A stretch of 64,000 nucleotides of DNA from Squalus acanthias (lineage: Eukaryota), in the NCBI GenBank assembly GCA_030390025.1, contig CM059425.1, positions 169,448,001 through 169,512,000 on the forward strand, given 5' to 3'. Positions 50,457 through 63,705 of this stretch are shown piece after piece. The stretch's first letter is position 1. The number at the start of each line of letters is the position of its first letter. The notes under the pieces are model-generated. The model was not told the origin of the DNA. It saw only the letters and a list, made by a program, of their open reading frames with translations, and did not search any database. The position numbers and the translations under genes were made by a program.

Positions 50457-51932
50457 AACGTGTCAGATGACTCAATCATTTGGTTTAACATGCTTCATAT
50501 ATTGTCAAAATGGGGTTCAAGGTAAGTCTTTTTCTTCTCATGGGCAGAATGCCCACCTAATCCACTAAGGAGGTTGAGTTTCTAATAGCTTGTTATCAGC
50601 TACCCTTATTATACACATTTAACTGAAGTATGCACTTCTAATCAGTGGAAGTATCTTAAATGTGGCTGTAAAATGAGGTTCAGCCCCGAAAGTATATATC
50701 CTTACACAACAGTCTCACTGAAATAATATACATTTAAATGGAATAGATTGAACTATGACTTTTTATTTTTTTCCCATACATTTTTTTAGATTGGTTGTTT
50801 AATATAACATTTTAATGGTAAGCCAGATCGTTTTATATGTGTGAACATACAGTTATTCCGTGCAAAATGGTTACAGTAATCATTTGTCAATGCAGGTGCC
50901 TCATCCATAAAGAAACTGCCTGCGCTGTCATCAAAGAGATGGAGAAAAGCATTAAAACTAACAAAGCAGAAAAGGCACAGAAATGAAGTCAGTTTGTAAA
51001 ATGACAGTTTAATAAAAGTGACATGGAAACCCTATAGCTCTAATGGAAAACTTCTGTCACTCACAAATCCTGAATGATAGAACATGGTAGGTTTTATAAA
51101 TTTGTTTTGTAGCTCACACAAAGCAGTTTAGTTGATAAGAGGTCAAGCATAACCTGTCAATATTAACAATGCAGTCAACGAATAGTTGTAGCATTTAAAA
51201 AAACGTTTGGTGCGTTATGTGTTTTTTCTAATATTCAATGCTGATTTTGTGTTACTTTGTTAAATAATACACTGTAGGTAATTATAGTTTCTGCTTCATT
51301 ATTGAAATATTTTGCTTGCATTCATCAGTCATAACTAACCTTGATATGAGTATCCCATCCAGGGAAAGATTTCCTCTGTGCATCAGCTGTAGTGAATCTT
51401 AATCTGAAAAATAGGCATATTAAAGATCTGGGAACCAAAAGCAGATAAAATCCCTACAGAAGCATTAGCACCAGTGGAAACATATGACTTAGCTGTGTTG
51501 AGCATGTGGTAATATTGTCACAAACATGGTAAGTCTAATCTTTACCCTGAGACTCTCTATTTCACACTATATTATGAAGTTATATAGTTATATGAAGTTA
51601 TGAAGATCACTGCTATTCCTTTGTTGGAGTCCACTGTCATTTTTGCAGTTTTAAAGTAATCTTTTGTAGAAGTCAATATAATATTGTAGCAATGAATTTT
51701 ATGTGAATGGTGCAGTTTGTGATACAGGTGGAGAATATCCTCTGTGTGCTAGGTGTAATAAAATTGAAAATTGTTTACAAATGTCTCTGGGCAGCACCTT
51801 AGGGAGAACTAGCTTTAAATCAAATTTTTCTGCTGTTCTTGTGTTACTAGGGGTCTTTCTCCTTTAGTAGCCAGATGTTGTTGCACATCCTCTTAACCTG
51901 ATGCCTGCTGGTCATTGGTGAACTGCATATTT

Positions 51933-52494
51933 GGCCTCAATATTATCCCCCCCGCCCCCACCCATGACTGGCATGAAAGACTGGGGGGGGGGTTAAAATG
52001 TGAAATCCGAGGAACCCGACCCCATCACACCGCGCATGCGCCTGCCGACTTTTAACGGCGACACCTATCAATGGCGTCCTAGTGCCCGCTGTGGAGAGGT
52101 GGGACACTTACAAACATATTTAAACCGGGCTCCTACAGTGCAATTGGGAGCCCTATTTGAAATTAACTGGTGCTGCATGGGTTTCCCAGGGATCAGGAAA
52201 GTCGGCAGTGAAACGTAGGCGGGAGCTGTCAGCTCCCCAATATAAGTGGCTCTCTCAGAACTCCTTGTGGGCCAGGAGGACCAGAAGTGCTCCCCCCAGG
52301 ACCCTCATGGAAGCTTTCAGCCTCCTCCAGCCCTGATCCACTAGCCCTTCCTCCCAAGGGCCAGGCTGACTATTTGGCTGGTTGCCAGGCGGGAGGCAGA
52401 CCCACAAGATGCAATGAGGCCCTGCCGTTAAGATCGGGTTCTTCGGTTTCGGCCTCACCTGCACCCTCCCCACCCCCCCATAAGTATCGGGGCC
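51933..52494. mobile_element. MITE related to family B, abutting an old transposase remnant
   Basis: GGCCTCAATATTAT / ATAAGTATCGGGGCC ends; AATGAGGCCCTGCCGTTAA block shared with family B; TSD not matched. Confidence 0.6.
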
Positions 52495-53170
52495 AATGTC
52501 TCTGTCAAAGGCAGTGTTGTGCAGTATGCAGCACACCATCACTATTTCAGCTGACATTTCAGGTGAATATATGTGGCAGTTGCCAGACCAGTTCAGGCAC
52601 TTTATGAGCCGTTTCATCATGCCAAAGACCTGCTTGATCAGCGCTGTGGTCCAAGCCTCATTGGTGCCTCATTGTACTGCAGCTGAGTTCTGGTGTGCAG
52701 CTTGTGCACAGGCATCATCATCACTCATAGTTTGAAGAGCTGAATAATGTTGGATTGATGCAGGATATGTGAATCATGGGTACTCTCAGCTAGGCATGAT
52801 CCTCAATTAGAAGCCACATGCTACTTGCAAATTAAGAGTGTGAAAATCCTTTTGATTTATATATGGCAAGGCTTTGGTAGATGGTATCCAAGTAGCAACA
52901 ATTGATTATTCATTGAACCCGAGGGAAATGCCTTTGGGAACTGCAGATGATACACCATACCAAAGTTGATGTACCAGTGGACATCACCAGACAGTGTATC
53001 AGTTACCTGTTTAATGGCTCTATATACCACATACCCTGTCGGGGCCTGGAAGCTGCCTGGCAGAGAAACCTAGAGCTGCAATTACCTTAACTGCCATAGG
53101 AAAGGCAGTGGTGACTGATGATTGTATGAAACTAGTTGTTTAGGAGAAATCACTAATCAATAAACATCTT
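52495..53170 (-). pseudogene. Heavily decayed Harbinger transposase remnant
   Basis: KCLNWSG..IYSPE...IVMVCCILHN (compare RCLDHSGGALQYSPE...CCILHN) and AVKVIAAL near 53070-53100. Confidence 0.65.
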
Positions 53171-54651
53171 GATGAGCAGCCTCAACTTTTCTATGTACTG
53201 GTCTCCATTAGCAACTGGTCTGTACACGCTGCCCTGGAAGTAGTCAGTACGGATGGTTGTGAATGTTCTGTGAACAGTTTTCTCCTAATCTGTCTTCTGC
53301 AGTATGCAGTAAGTTTACCAATCCTGGAGGTACAATAAATCCAACGCAGTTCAGGAGCAACAGGCGCCGGTGCCAGATTTATTACAATGAACAGAAAATA
53401 GCACCACTCGACATTAAGAGTCATTAACCAAGCTTTAATTGGCATTATTAATGAGTCAGCATTCAAATATGACAGAATGTTAGTGCTAACAAGTCTTTTT
53501 ATCCTACAGGTCAGAAAACTCAGACTGGCAGTAAACTTCCTGCTGACGCTGTTAGTGCTTTTTCTTCCCAGTTTTTGGTTCATCTTAAAGTCAATTTCCA
53601 TGAGTGTTAGCAATGGAACACATATTCACTGATAACAACTGCAAGTTCACATTAACCAAACTTATCCCAGCTGTAACATATTAGCATGCACGGACTAAAA
53701 CACCAATTATTAGGAGGCAGACCAGACGTTCCTGTATTAAATTATCTTTGCAATCATTTGCCTAATAAGTCATAATTGAATAGGTTTTAAACCAGACACC
53801 TGATATACGTTTTTTTCTTATTTGAGTGCAGTTGCTTTCTCATTATCTCTGCAGTAGAAGCAGAACAAAGGGTACAGAGAATCTGGAGTGGAGAATGCTT
53901 TTTTCCCCCAGCAGAGGTACAGACAAAAGAACTAAAAAAAAATCATTGACACACCAGCAGCATTTGTGTTGGCTCCTTCTCAGCAGAGACTTTTTTTTAA
54001 CTAATACTTGTCAAATATAAAAAGCTGACTGGGAATCACCCTGCATAGCCTGTAGCTATGAAGGTAACAGTGTCTATGAATATCTATACCACAGGCTCAA
54101 TCCTGGCATCAACAGTAATTACACTAACCTTTTGCAGACAACCATGTGAAATTGATCCAGGAGGTCCCTGATACAGTTGTCCAAATCTGAAGAACAAGAG
54201 GTTTCTGCACAGCACTGTTTCTACATTATTGTAGTCTCCACAGGCCTGGGAGGCACTGGGACCAATTGTAGTTCCACTCGTTCGGCCCTGATTGAGATCA
54301 ACAGACTTTTCTGTATGATTCAATACCACAGAAAGTGAATTTGTGCATTGAGTTATCAAAGGAGCCAAAGACGTTTGGTCAAAACATATGCTTTGTAATA
54401 GATTTTCAAAAGTGGTACTGATGGTAAAACCACATCTTTAAATAATATATTAATAAGCCACTATAGATCAGTAGAAAACTATAAACTTAATTGCTTAAAT
54501 CTATTACCGTTTTAATCTTAAATGTTTTATTGAGTACGGGCGCTAGAACCATAATTAGCCCAGTTTGGTTAATAACCTTTAGTGGTTCCGAACAACAGAA
54601 TAAACTACTAATAGCCCCTGTTTCATACAGCACCTTTAGGGCTGATTTATA

Positions 54652-54985
54652 GGGGGCGATTTTAACCCTACCAGGCCGGCATTTAAGATTGCTCATTATA
54701 TTTACACACTGAAAAGCCACCAGGAATCTGCCATCCACGATTTTAACCTGCTCTCCTGAGCAGGCAGCAAGGACACCTGTCCAAAGTCGGCAGGACCCTT
54801 CTTTGCATATGCATATCGGTACCCAATGACATCAACGGTACCAGACTGCAATTTTAACTCAGGTCTGCATGGGGAAGCCACTGTAACTTTCCTACCAGGT
54901 CGGAAGAGGATCAGCCCCAGTAGAGACTGAAAAAGGTTTAAAAAAATTATATCCTTTGTGGGGCCAGGAGGAGCAGGAGTTCCTC
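54652..54985. mobile_element. Truncated MITE fragment
   Basis: GGGGGCGATTTTAAC start; ends in TCCTTTGTGGGGCCAGGAGGAGCAGGAGT, as at 52261-52290. Confidence 0.5.
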
Positions 54986-55158
54986 TCACAATACATAATA
55001 ATTAATTGATGATTTCTGACAAATGGACAAAGCATGAATTTTGACCATTGATTCTGGAAATGGTTTTTCTGAGACTTGTAAAATGGCATTGCACTTCCAT
55101 TAAAGAATGCAGAGAAGATATTCATGAGTTGTGCTGTACCAGATGTGACCAAATTTTC

Positions 55159-55541
55159 ACAGAATCGCAGAATCCCCACAGTACAGATAGAGGCCATTTC
55201 AGCCCATCGAGCCTGCACCGACACATATCCCACCCTATCCCCGTAACCCCACGTATTTAATCCCCCCTAACATATCCCACCCTATCTCTGTATTTAATCC
55301 CCCCTAACATATCCCACCCTATCCCTGTATTTAATCCCCCCTAACACTAAGGGTCAATTTATCATAGCCAAATCAACCTAACCTGCACATCTTTGGACTG
55401 TGGGAGGAAACTAGAGCACCCCCACGCAGACACGGGGAGAATGTGCAAACTCCACACAGACAGTCACCCGAGGCCAGATTTGAACCCAGGTCCCTGGCGC
55501 TGTGAGGCAACAGTGCTAACCACTATGCCACCATGTTGCCC
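55159..55541 (-). mobile_element. HE1-type tRNA-derived V-SINE with a CR1-like tail and an internal tandem triplication
   Basis: Minus strand reads GGGCAACATGGTGGCATAGTGGTTAGCACTGTTGCCTCACAGCGCCAGGGACCTGGGTTCAAATC (A and B boxes), then V-domain TGTGTGGAGTTTGCACATTCTCCCCGTGTCTGCGTGGG. Confidence 0.82.
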
Positions 55542-55994
55542 GTGTTTAGCTCTAATCAACAGTGTACCATGTATAATATAATCAATGTTCTGCAGTCAGG
55601 TTGAAGGAAACCTTATATTGTCATGCACTTCAACCGGTCATATGAAGGAGAGTTTCAATCACCTACTTCACAAAGTTTTGTAACTTGCTTGTGCTAACCC
55701 AACATCGTCTCAGGAGCCTGTGTATTTTAAGTAATTTATCAAATATAAATAAAACACATAAATAAATTGGAAAATTTTATGCACAGTGGAAAATGTTATA
55801 TCTTATCCCATTGGAGCCAACGTATGGTAGATAATTAGCAAAGCCAGACAAGTGACATGATTCTGTACCTTTGTATCTATCAGGTTCTCCATATTATTGT
55901 GCCTCCATCTCTGTCTTTCTTCTTGTCTCCCACTGCCTCTGCCCCTCCATCTCTGCCTTTCTGCTCCCTGCTTCCGTTCCTCTTTCTACTTAAT

Positions 55995-56734
55995 GGCCCA
56001 GAAATTAAAGACAGAGCCTTCCTGCGGGGGTAAGGCTTCCCCGCGATATCTCACTGCGCGCCTGCCTTTTCCTTCCGAGCTCGCACGAACTTGAGTTTCT
56101 AGACAGCAGCTGTGCAGTGTGTGCGTATCCCACAGGCGCAGTTAATTCGTGCGAGCTATGGGATCACGTGATTCAGTTAGAGCCAATGGCAGCACACCAT
56201 CTTTCATTCATAGTTTTCACAGCAAGGGCTGTGAAAGCTATGAATACTATACCCCCCCAAAAGAACAGCTAAACCTCAATTAAATTAAAAAAAAAATCAC
56301 ATTAATAAAATAAGTATAGTTAAATAAATTAACCACTTTAAACAAAAAATTTAATTTTTGAAAAAATTTAAAATCTTTTTACAAGTTATAAAAATAAACT
56401 TACCTTTCTTTAAAGTCTCTAAAAAAGATATACCTGTGAAAAAAATTCAAAATAATACTTAATTAACTACTTACCTTGTTAAAAGAGGGTCTTACACCTC
56501 CTTTCTTTATGTGCAAAATCTTCCATGCTTACCTGCGCGTTCAAAGCACTAAGTGCACTGCGTGCGCGCAGCCTGTAGCGCGCACGCGGTTCACCTAGGA
56601 ACCGCCCCCTTTTGAAATCACCAAGTGCCGGTTTTCAGCGCATGCGCAGTGCATGCAGAAAACCGGCAATTGGAGACAGAATACGCGAGAGTACACAGTG
56701 CGTACTCTCGCGTAGTGAGACTAATTTTTGGGCC
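55995..56734. mobile_element. Harbinger-type MITE (family A, copy 2)
   Basis: Colinear with 4322-5085; TIRs GGCCCAGAAATTA / TAATTTTTGGGCC; flanks AAT and AGT. Confidence 0.9.
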
Positions 56735-57039
56735 AGTGGTGCCACCACTTACACAAGGTCTTCGTGACTTGAGTGATCAATGGGAGTTACACCCCATATG
56801 CTATAAATCACATCTCATCAGTATGTGAAATAAATGAAAGCACTTGCCTTCTGAATCCTTTATCCTCTATATACCTCTTTTACTGTTTTACAGCATTAGT
56901 TTATTCAATTTTTCATGCGTACAAGTGACATTATTTATGTGTGATTGTGACTGTGGTTTCCTGTTGCTGCCTGGTTTTGTACTGCCTCTCTTCCACAGTC
57001 TATCACTGTTGTCTCGTGCCTTCACTTACATCTGTCCAA

Positions 57040-58070
57040 TATCATCACTAACTTTCGTCAAATTGTTTGTTTTTACTTTTTTACCTGCACTGTCATCTCC
57101 AGAGCACTCCAAGGCCACATCCTTGGTCACCTCTGAACCACGTTGCATGTTAGTAATATCACCTGTAAGCATGTGGTCAGCTTCCACACGTATGCTAGTG
57201 ACACCCAATTCTACCTTTCCACCTCCACCACCAATTCCAAAGCTGGTGCTATATTTTCTGATTGTTTGCTCAACATCAAGTTCTGAGCAAGTTGAAATTT
57301 CCTTCAGCTCAAAGTTGGGAAAAGTGAAGCAATCCTTTTTGGTTCTCATCAGCGTCTATGTACCTCTAGCTACAACTCCATCAACCACCCTTGTTGCCTC
57401 TCAGGCTAATTCCAGAGGTGCACACTGTTGGTGTCCAATGTAACCCTGAGCTGAACTTTTTAAATCCCAAATCTGGTCCACTCCCAAAACAACTTTATTC
57501 CACCTTCAAAACATTGCCAGTGTACATTCCACTTCCCCCATCCTCTGTTGCTGAAATCCTAATCCATGCCTTCACTCCTCGAAGTACAACCCTATCCTCA
57601 CCAACCTCTCCATCTCTTTCCTTCAGAAGTTTCAGCTATCTCCATTCTGTCCTACGCAAAGCCCTTTACTTATATCATCCCATCCTTGCCAAGCTCCACT
57701 GAATCCTAGTATGCCAGTAATTTGACTTAAAAATCCTCATGCTCATCTGTAAATCTTTGCATAGCCTCTCTCTACTCTACCTGATAGATCTCCTCCATCC
57801 ATACATCCCTGAATGCACCCTCTGCTCTTCTGACATTGGATTACCTTTTGAGTCTACGTCCTCTGCTCCATCGGAGGTCAAACTTTTAGTCATTGTGTCC
57901 TTTCCTATGGCGTTCTCCCTCAAAGCTACTTTGCTTGCTACCTTTCAAGAAGAAGAAGACCCTTCAAAAGCTTCCTAAAGATACATTTTAAATCTGCATC
58001 TTTGGTCTCTTTTGCTGCATAGTGTCCACCTTCCCGCCTTGTTAAGTGCTTTGAGATGTCTCCTTTACAT
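57040..58070 (+). mobile_element. Old L2-like LINE remnant; its last ~30 bp lie at 61747-61778, beyond the inserted CR1
   Basis: AEILIHAF, KLHW-like and FKIL-like remnants; the L2 terminus TAAGTGCTTTGAGATG...|AAGGGTGCTATATGAATGCAAGTTATTGTTG is split by the CR1. Confidence 0.6.
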
Positions 58071-61000
58071 GAGCTGGAGCTGCGAATGGATACATACTGG
58101 AGCATTCGCGATGCTGAGGACGTCATGGATAGCACGTTTGATGAGTTGGTCACACCGCAGGTAAAGGCTGCACAGGCAGGAAGGGAATGGGTGACCGCTA
58201 GGCAGAGTAGTAGGCGCAGGCAGGTAGTGCAGGGGTCCCCTGTGGCCATCCCCCTCTCAAACAGATATACCGCTTTGGATACTGTTGGGGGAGATGGCTT
58301 ATCGGGGGAAGGCAGCAGCAGTCAACTTCCTGACACCATGGGTGGTTCTGCTGCACAGGACGGGAGGAAAAAGAGCGGGAGAGCTATAGTGATAGGGGAT
58401 TCTATTGTAAGGGGAATAGATAGGTGTTTCTGCGGCCGCAAACGAGACTCCAGGATGGTATGTTGCCTCCCTGGTGCAAGGGTCAAGGATGTCTCGGGGC
58501 GGCTGCAGGGCATTCTGGAGGGGGAGGGTGAACAGCCAGTTGTTGTGGTGCATATAGGTACCAACGATATAGGTAAAAAACAGGATGAGGTCCTAAAAGC
58601 TGAATATAGGGAGTTAGGAGGTAAATTAAAAAATAGGACCTCAAAGGTAGTAATCTCAGGATTGCTACCAGTGCCACGTGCTAGTCAGAGTAGAAATAGA
58701 AAGATATTTCAGATGAATACATGGCTAGAGGAATGGTGCAAGGGGGAGGGATTCAAATTCCTGGGACATTGGAACCGGTTCTGGGGGAGGTGGGACCAGT
58801 ACAAACAGGACCGATGTCCGAGGGGGAGTGTTTGCTGCTGCTGTTGGGGAGGGTTTAAACTAAAATGGCAGGGGGTTGGGAACCTGTGAAGGGCGACAGA
58901 GGAAAGGGAAGCAAGGATAGAAACAAAAGACAGGAAGGAGAAAGGCAAAAGTGGAAGGCAGAGAAATCAAGGGTGTAAATCAAACAGGGCTAGAGTAAAT
59001 AATAATTCTAAAAGGACTAAGAGTGCTAAAAAAACAAGCCTGAAGGCTTTGTGTCTTAATGCGAGGAGCATTCGTAATAAAGTGGATGAATTAGCTGCGC
59101 AAATAGATGTAAACGGATATGATATAATCAGGATTACGGAGACATGGCTCCAGGGTGACCAAGGCTGGGAATTCAACATCCAGGGGTATTCAATATTCAG
59201 GAAGGACAGGCAAAAAGGATAAGGAGGTGGGGTAGCATTGCTGGTCAAAGAGGAGATTAACACAATAGTAAGGAAGGATATTAGCTCTTATGATGTGGAA
59301 TCTGTATGGTTAGAGCTGAGAAATACCAAGGGGCAGAAAACGTTAGTGGGAGTTGTATACAGACCCCCAAACAGTAACGCTGAGGTTGGGGATAGCATTA
59401 AATGGGAAATTAGAGATGTGTGCAATAAGGGCACAGCAGTTATCATGGGTGACTTTAATCTACATATAGATTGGACTAACCAAATTAGTAACAATACTGT
59501 GGAGGAGGAATTCCTAGAGTGCATACGGGATGGTTTCCTGGACCAATATGTCGAGGAACCAACTAGAGATCAGGCCATCTTAGACTGGGTATTATGTAAT
59601 GAGAAAGGATTAATTAGCAATCTTGTTGTGCGAGGCCCCTTGGGGAGGAGCGATCATAATATGATAGAATTCTTCATTAAGATGGAGAGTGAAGTAGTTG
59701 ACTCAGAGACAGGTTCCTGAATTTAAATAAAGGAAACTACGATGGTATGAGGCGCGAGTTGGCTAGGATGGATTGGGGAATGCTACTTAAAGGGTTGACG
59801 GTAGATAGGCAATGGCAAACATTTAAAGATCGCATGGATGAACTACAGAATTTGTTCATCCCTGTTTGGCATAAAAATAAAACAAAAAAGGTGACTCAAC
59901 CGTGGCTAACAAGGGAAATTAGGGATAGCATAAGATCGAAGGAGAGGACATATAAATTGGCCAGAAAAAGCAGCAAACCTGAGGATTGGGAGCAGTTTAG
60001 GATTCAGAAAAGGAGGACAAAGGGATTAAATAAGAGGGGGAAAATAGAGTATGAGAGTAAGCTTGCAGGGAACATAAAAACTGACTGTAAAAGATATGTG
60101 AAGAGAAAAAGATTGGTGAAGTCAAGCGTAGGTCCCTTGCAGTCAGAATCAGGGGAATTTATAATGGGGAACAAAGAAATGGCAGACCAATTAAATACAT
60201 AATTTGGTTCTGTCTTCACAAAGGAGGACACAAATAACCTCCCGGAGATGTCGGGGAACATTGGGTCTAATGAGAGGGAGGAACTGAATGAAATCAGTAT
60301 TTGTAGGGAAATGGTATTAAGGAAATTGATGGGATTGAAGGCCGATAAATCCCCAGGGCCTGATAATCTACATCCTAGAGTACTTAAGGAAGTGGCCCTA
60401 GAAATAGTAGATGCATTGCTGGTCATCTTCCAAAATTCTATAGACTCTGGAACAGTTCCCATGGATTGGAGGGTAGCTAATGTAACCCCACTATTTAAAA
60501 AAGGTGGTAGAGAGAAAACGGGGAATTATAGACTGGTAAGCCTGACATCGGTAGTGGGGAAAATGCTAGAGTCCATTATAAAAGATGTAACAGCAGAGCA
60601 CTTGGAAAACAGTGACAGGATCGGACAAAGTCAACATGGATTTACAAAAGGTAAATCATGCTTGACTAATCTACTGGAATTTTTTGAGGATGTAACTGGT
60701 AGAATAGATAAGGGAAAACCAGTGGATGTGGTGTATTTGGACTTTCAGAAGGCTTTCGATAAGGTCCCGCATAAGAGATTAGCGTGCAAAGTTAAAGCAC
60801 ATGGGATTGGGGGTAAGGTACTGACTTGGATAGAGAACTGGTTGACAGACAGGAAGCAAAGAGTTGGAATAAACGGGTCTTTTTCCAAGTGGCAGGCAAT
60901 GACTAGTGGGGTACCGCAGGGATCGGTGCTAGGACCCCAGCTATTCACAATATATATTAATGATCTAGACGAGGGAACTAGATCTCTAATATAGTAATAT

Positions 61001-61746
61001 CTCTAAGTTTCCAGACGACACAAAGCTGGGTGGGCGTGTGTGCTGTGAGGAGGATGCAGAGAAACTCCAGTATGATTTGGACAGGTTGGGTGTTTGGGCA
61101 GATGAATGGCAGATGCAGTATAATGTGGATAAATGCGAGGTTATCCACTTTGGTGGCAAAAACAGGAAGACAGATTATTATCTGAACAGCAATAGATTGG
61201 GAAAAGGGGAAGTGCAGTTTTGGTCGCCTTATCTGAGGAAGGATGTTCTTGCCATGGAGGGAGTGCAGCGAAGATTCACCAGACTGTTACCTGGGATGGC
61301 AGGAATGACGTATGAAGAGAGATTGGGTCGATTAGGCTTATATTCGCTAGAGTTTAGAAGAATGAGAGGGGATCTCATTGAAACTTATAAAATTCTAACA
61401 GGACTAGACAGACTAGATGCAGGAAGGATGTTCCTGCTGGCGGGGGAGTCCAGAACCAGGGGTCACAGTCTAAGGATAAGGGGTAAGCCATTTAGGACTG
61501 AGATGAGGAGGAATTTCTCAGAGAGTGGTGAACCTGTGGAATTCTCTACCACAGAAGGCAGTTGAGGCCAATTCATTAAATATATTCAAGAAGAAGTTAG
61601 ATATATTTCTTAAGGCTAAAGGGATCAAGGGATATGGGGAGAAAGCAGGGACAGGGTACTGAATTTGGATGATCAGCCATGATCTCATTAAATGACGGAA
61701 CAGGCTCAAGGGGCCGAATGGCCTACTCCTGCTCCTATCTTCTATG
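58071..61746 (+). mobile_element. Long CR1 LINE: 5'-truncated ORF1 (SGNH/GDSL esterase-type) plus disrupted ORF2 (APE and RT)
   Basis: ORF1 LSNRYTAL, VIGDSIVRG, CCLPGARV, VVVHIGTND. ORF2 [50 protein letters not shown]. Several stops, a deletion near 61212, and ATGA flanking both ends. Confidence 0.92.
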
Positions 61747-62827
61747 AAGGGTGCTATATGAATGCAAGTTATTGTTGTCACAATCAATGTGGTGAAACAT
61801 TAAGCAGTCATTTACATTTTTTTAAGCAGCGTCTGAGATGTGAAAAAAGCAATCAAGTTATTGGTTGTGACATAGAGCATATGGAAAGGACTTCAGGATG
61901 ATTTATAAAGGGGGCCACTGGGCCACATTTTTCCTCCATCAGGAGGGGAAGTAGCGGCGACATCCACCCCAGTCCAGGAATAACACACGACATATTGTGA
62001 TCTCTGAGGGCAGGCAGGTGCCATTTCTCTGGGGTTTCTGCAAATCTTCTGTCGAAAGTACAGCAAGAGATCGGGAAAGCTTCTGCTAAAAATTCCAGGC
62101 ATGTGCGCATTTTAAAAGTTATTTACAAAGGATGAGCTTGGTTCTTAGAGTTATGATCTTTTTGTTATTTTATTCACTTGAAGAGTTAGGTGGAAGGTTA
62201 TCTATTGCAAATATACAGTAGTAGTTGATCTTCATGGCGTTGAACACAGGGTGATATTCAGGTCAAGCAAGGTTAGAGGGTGAAGGGGGCAGGCAGATAG
62301 GAGGGAGGAAATGGGGATAGAGGATGAGGAAGGGGGAAAAGGGAAGAGAAAGAGGATACTGTGGATGTGAGAAACTAGACAGGGGAGAGGAAAGAGAGAA
62401 CAGGCAAGGGGGAAGAGGAGAAGTGAATGGGGAGGAGAGGGTGGAAGAGAGGAGAACGGAATAAAGGGATGGGAAACTACATCAACAGGGACAGGAAGAC
62501 AAGCAAACTCTCAGCAATAAGGGAGGAGACATGGGGTGGGGCGGGGTTGGGGAATGGCCATTTGAATGCTCAGTGGAGGGAGGAACTCCACTTTCTTCCC
62601 AGAGTTATGGTGGGTAAACAGCAGAACTCTGTGGAATTTCTGGGCCATATCCTTGCTGCAGGCCCCATTGTGTTTCTAAAGCAATTCTTTCCCACACTCG
62701 GTTGGGCCTATTTTTCTAGCCTTAACACTCCAGGAGCACCTGTAACAGAGGTGCGGTAAAGTAGGAATGTGGATGGAGACTCATAATGCTGGGTCTCTTA
62801 TCCTATAGCACTGCCCACAAAGTTCTT

Positions 62828-63666
62828 GGGGCAAAGATTCGGTTGGTTAGCGCCTCCCGTTAGTGCCTCCGGGGGGCGCTAACGGGGCGCTAGGAACTTA
62901 GCGCCCGAGCGCGACGATTTTAGCGGCGCTCGCAAAATTGACCAGTCGTTTTGTGGCGCCGCTAAACACCACCACCACGATCTCCTGCGCCCACAGATCG
63001 TGACATCAGTCAAGCATGCAACGCCCCGGTAGTGCCTCGGACCGGATATTGAGTCGCGCCCCCTGCCTTAGCGCCTGCCGCTCGGAATGACAGGTAGAGG
63101 GGAATATTTTCAAGTCGGGAAGGGGCTGGGGGAGCGCTATTTAAAGGCGGCGCTTCCTGCCTTTTCTTGTCGGCAACATTTTTGGGACACGCAGGTTGAG
63201 AGGGAGAAAGACGTCTGGAGAGATTTAACACTGTCCTAAGGAGTTTTGGCTCTCGGCACCACTTTTGAGGTTCCGAAGCACCGAGCTCTTTCCCTGGGCC
63301 TATCCATTAGTGCTTCCAACACAATTGGTTTAGAGGTCTCTCCAGGCCGAGATTCAAGGCTGCAATGAGCAAGGTGTGGCTGGCCAGCAAGATGGCCCCT
63401 CCCCTTTAAGAACTGGATGGCGGCAGTCTGTCTGGCTTCCATGGTAACTGACATCGCCTGAGCTGCGATAGCGTTCTGAGGTAACACCTCGCTCCTCGAC
63501 GTTTGTGCCTTAAGAAAGGTATGTAGCGCTTGACTTAGCGCTCAAATCACCTCCAGGAGCGATAGAGGCGAATTTTGCAGTCGGAGGCGATAATTAGCAC
63601 CGGGCGCTAAATTTGCGCCCGACCGATATTAGCGCCCCAAAATGGGCGATACCCAATTTTTCCCCC
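62828..63666. mobile_element. Non-autonomous deletion derivative of the Harbinger family at 1-4078, inverted; CTT TSD
   Basis: GGGGCAAAGATT / AATTTTTCCCCC; CTT at 62825-62827 and 63667-63669; left part matches the reverse complement of ~3720-4078, right part matches the reverse complement of ~1-360 including the Myb start MDRPRERARCF. Confidence 0.88.
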
Positions 63667-63705
63667 CTTGACTTTATCCACAAACATCCCCAATTCTTGT
63701 TTTAT

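Noticed and set aside
54129..54186. Possible 58-bp minus-strand exon (TTCTTCAG ... AAG|GTTAGT)
   Set aside because: No recognisable peptide in any frame and no partner exons found.
56844..57443. 199-aa hydrophobic ORF
   Set aside because: Overlaps a decayed L2 remnant; no recognisable domain or splice support.
58056..58889. Host GDSL/SGNH lipase gene
   Set aside because: It is CR1 ORF1 (esterase-type ORF1s are known in CR1); its start Met comes from flanking L2 sequence and ORF2 follows directly.
62280..62480. Purine-rich tract (and the pyrimidine-rich tract at about 45640-45900)
   Set aside because: Low-complexity sequence without periodicity or other supportable structure.
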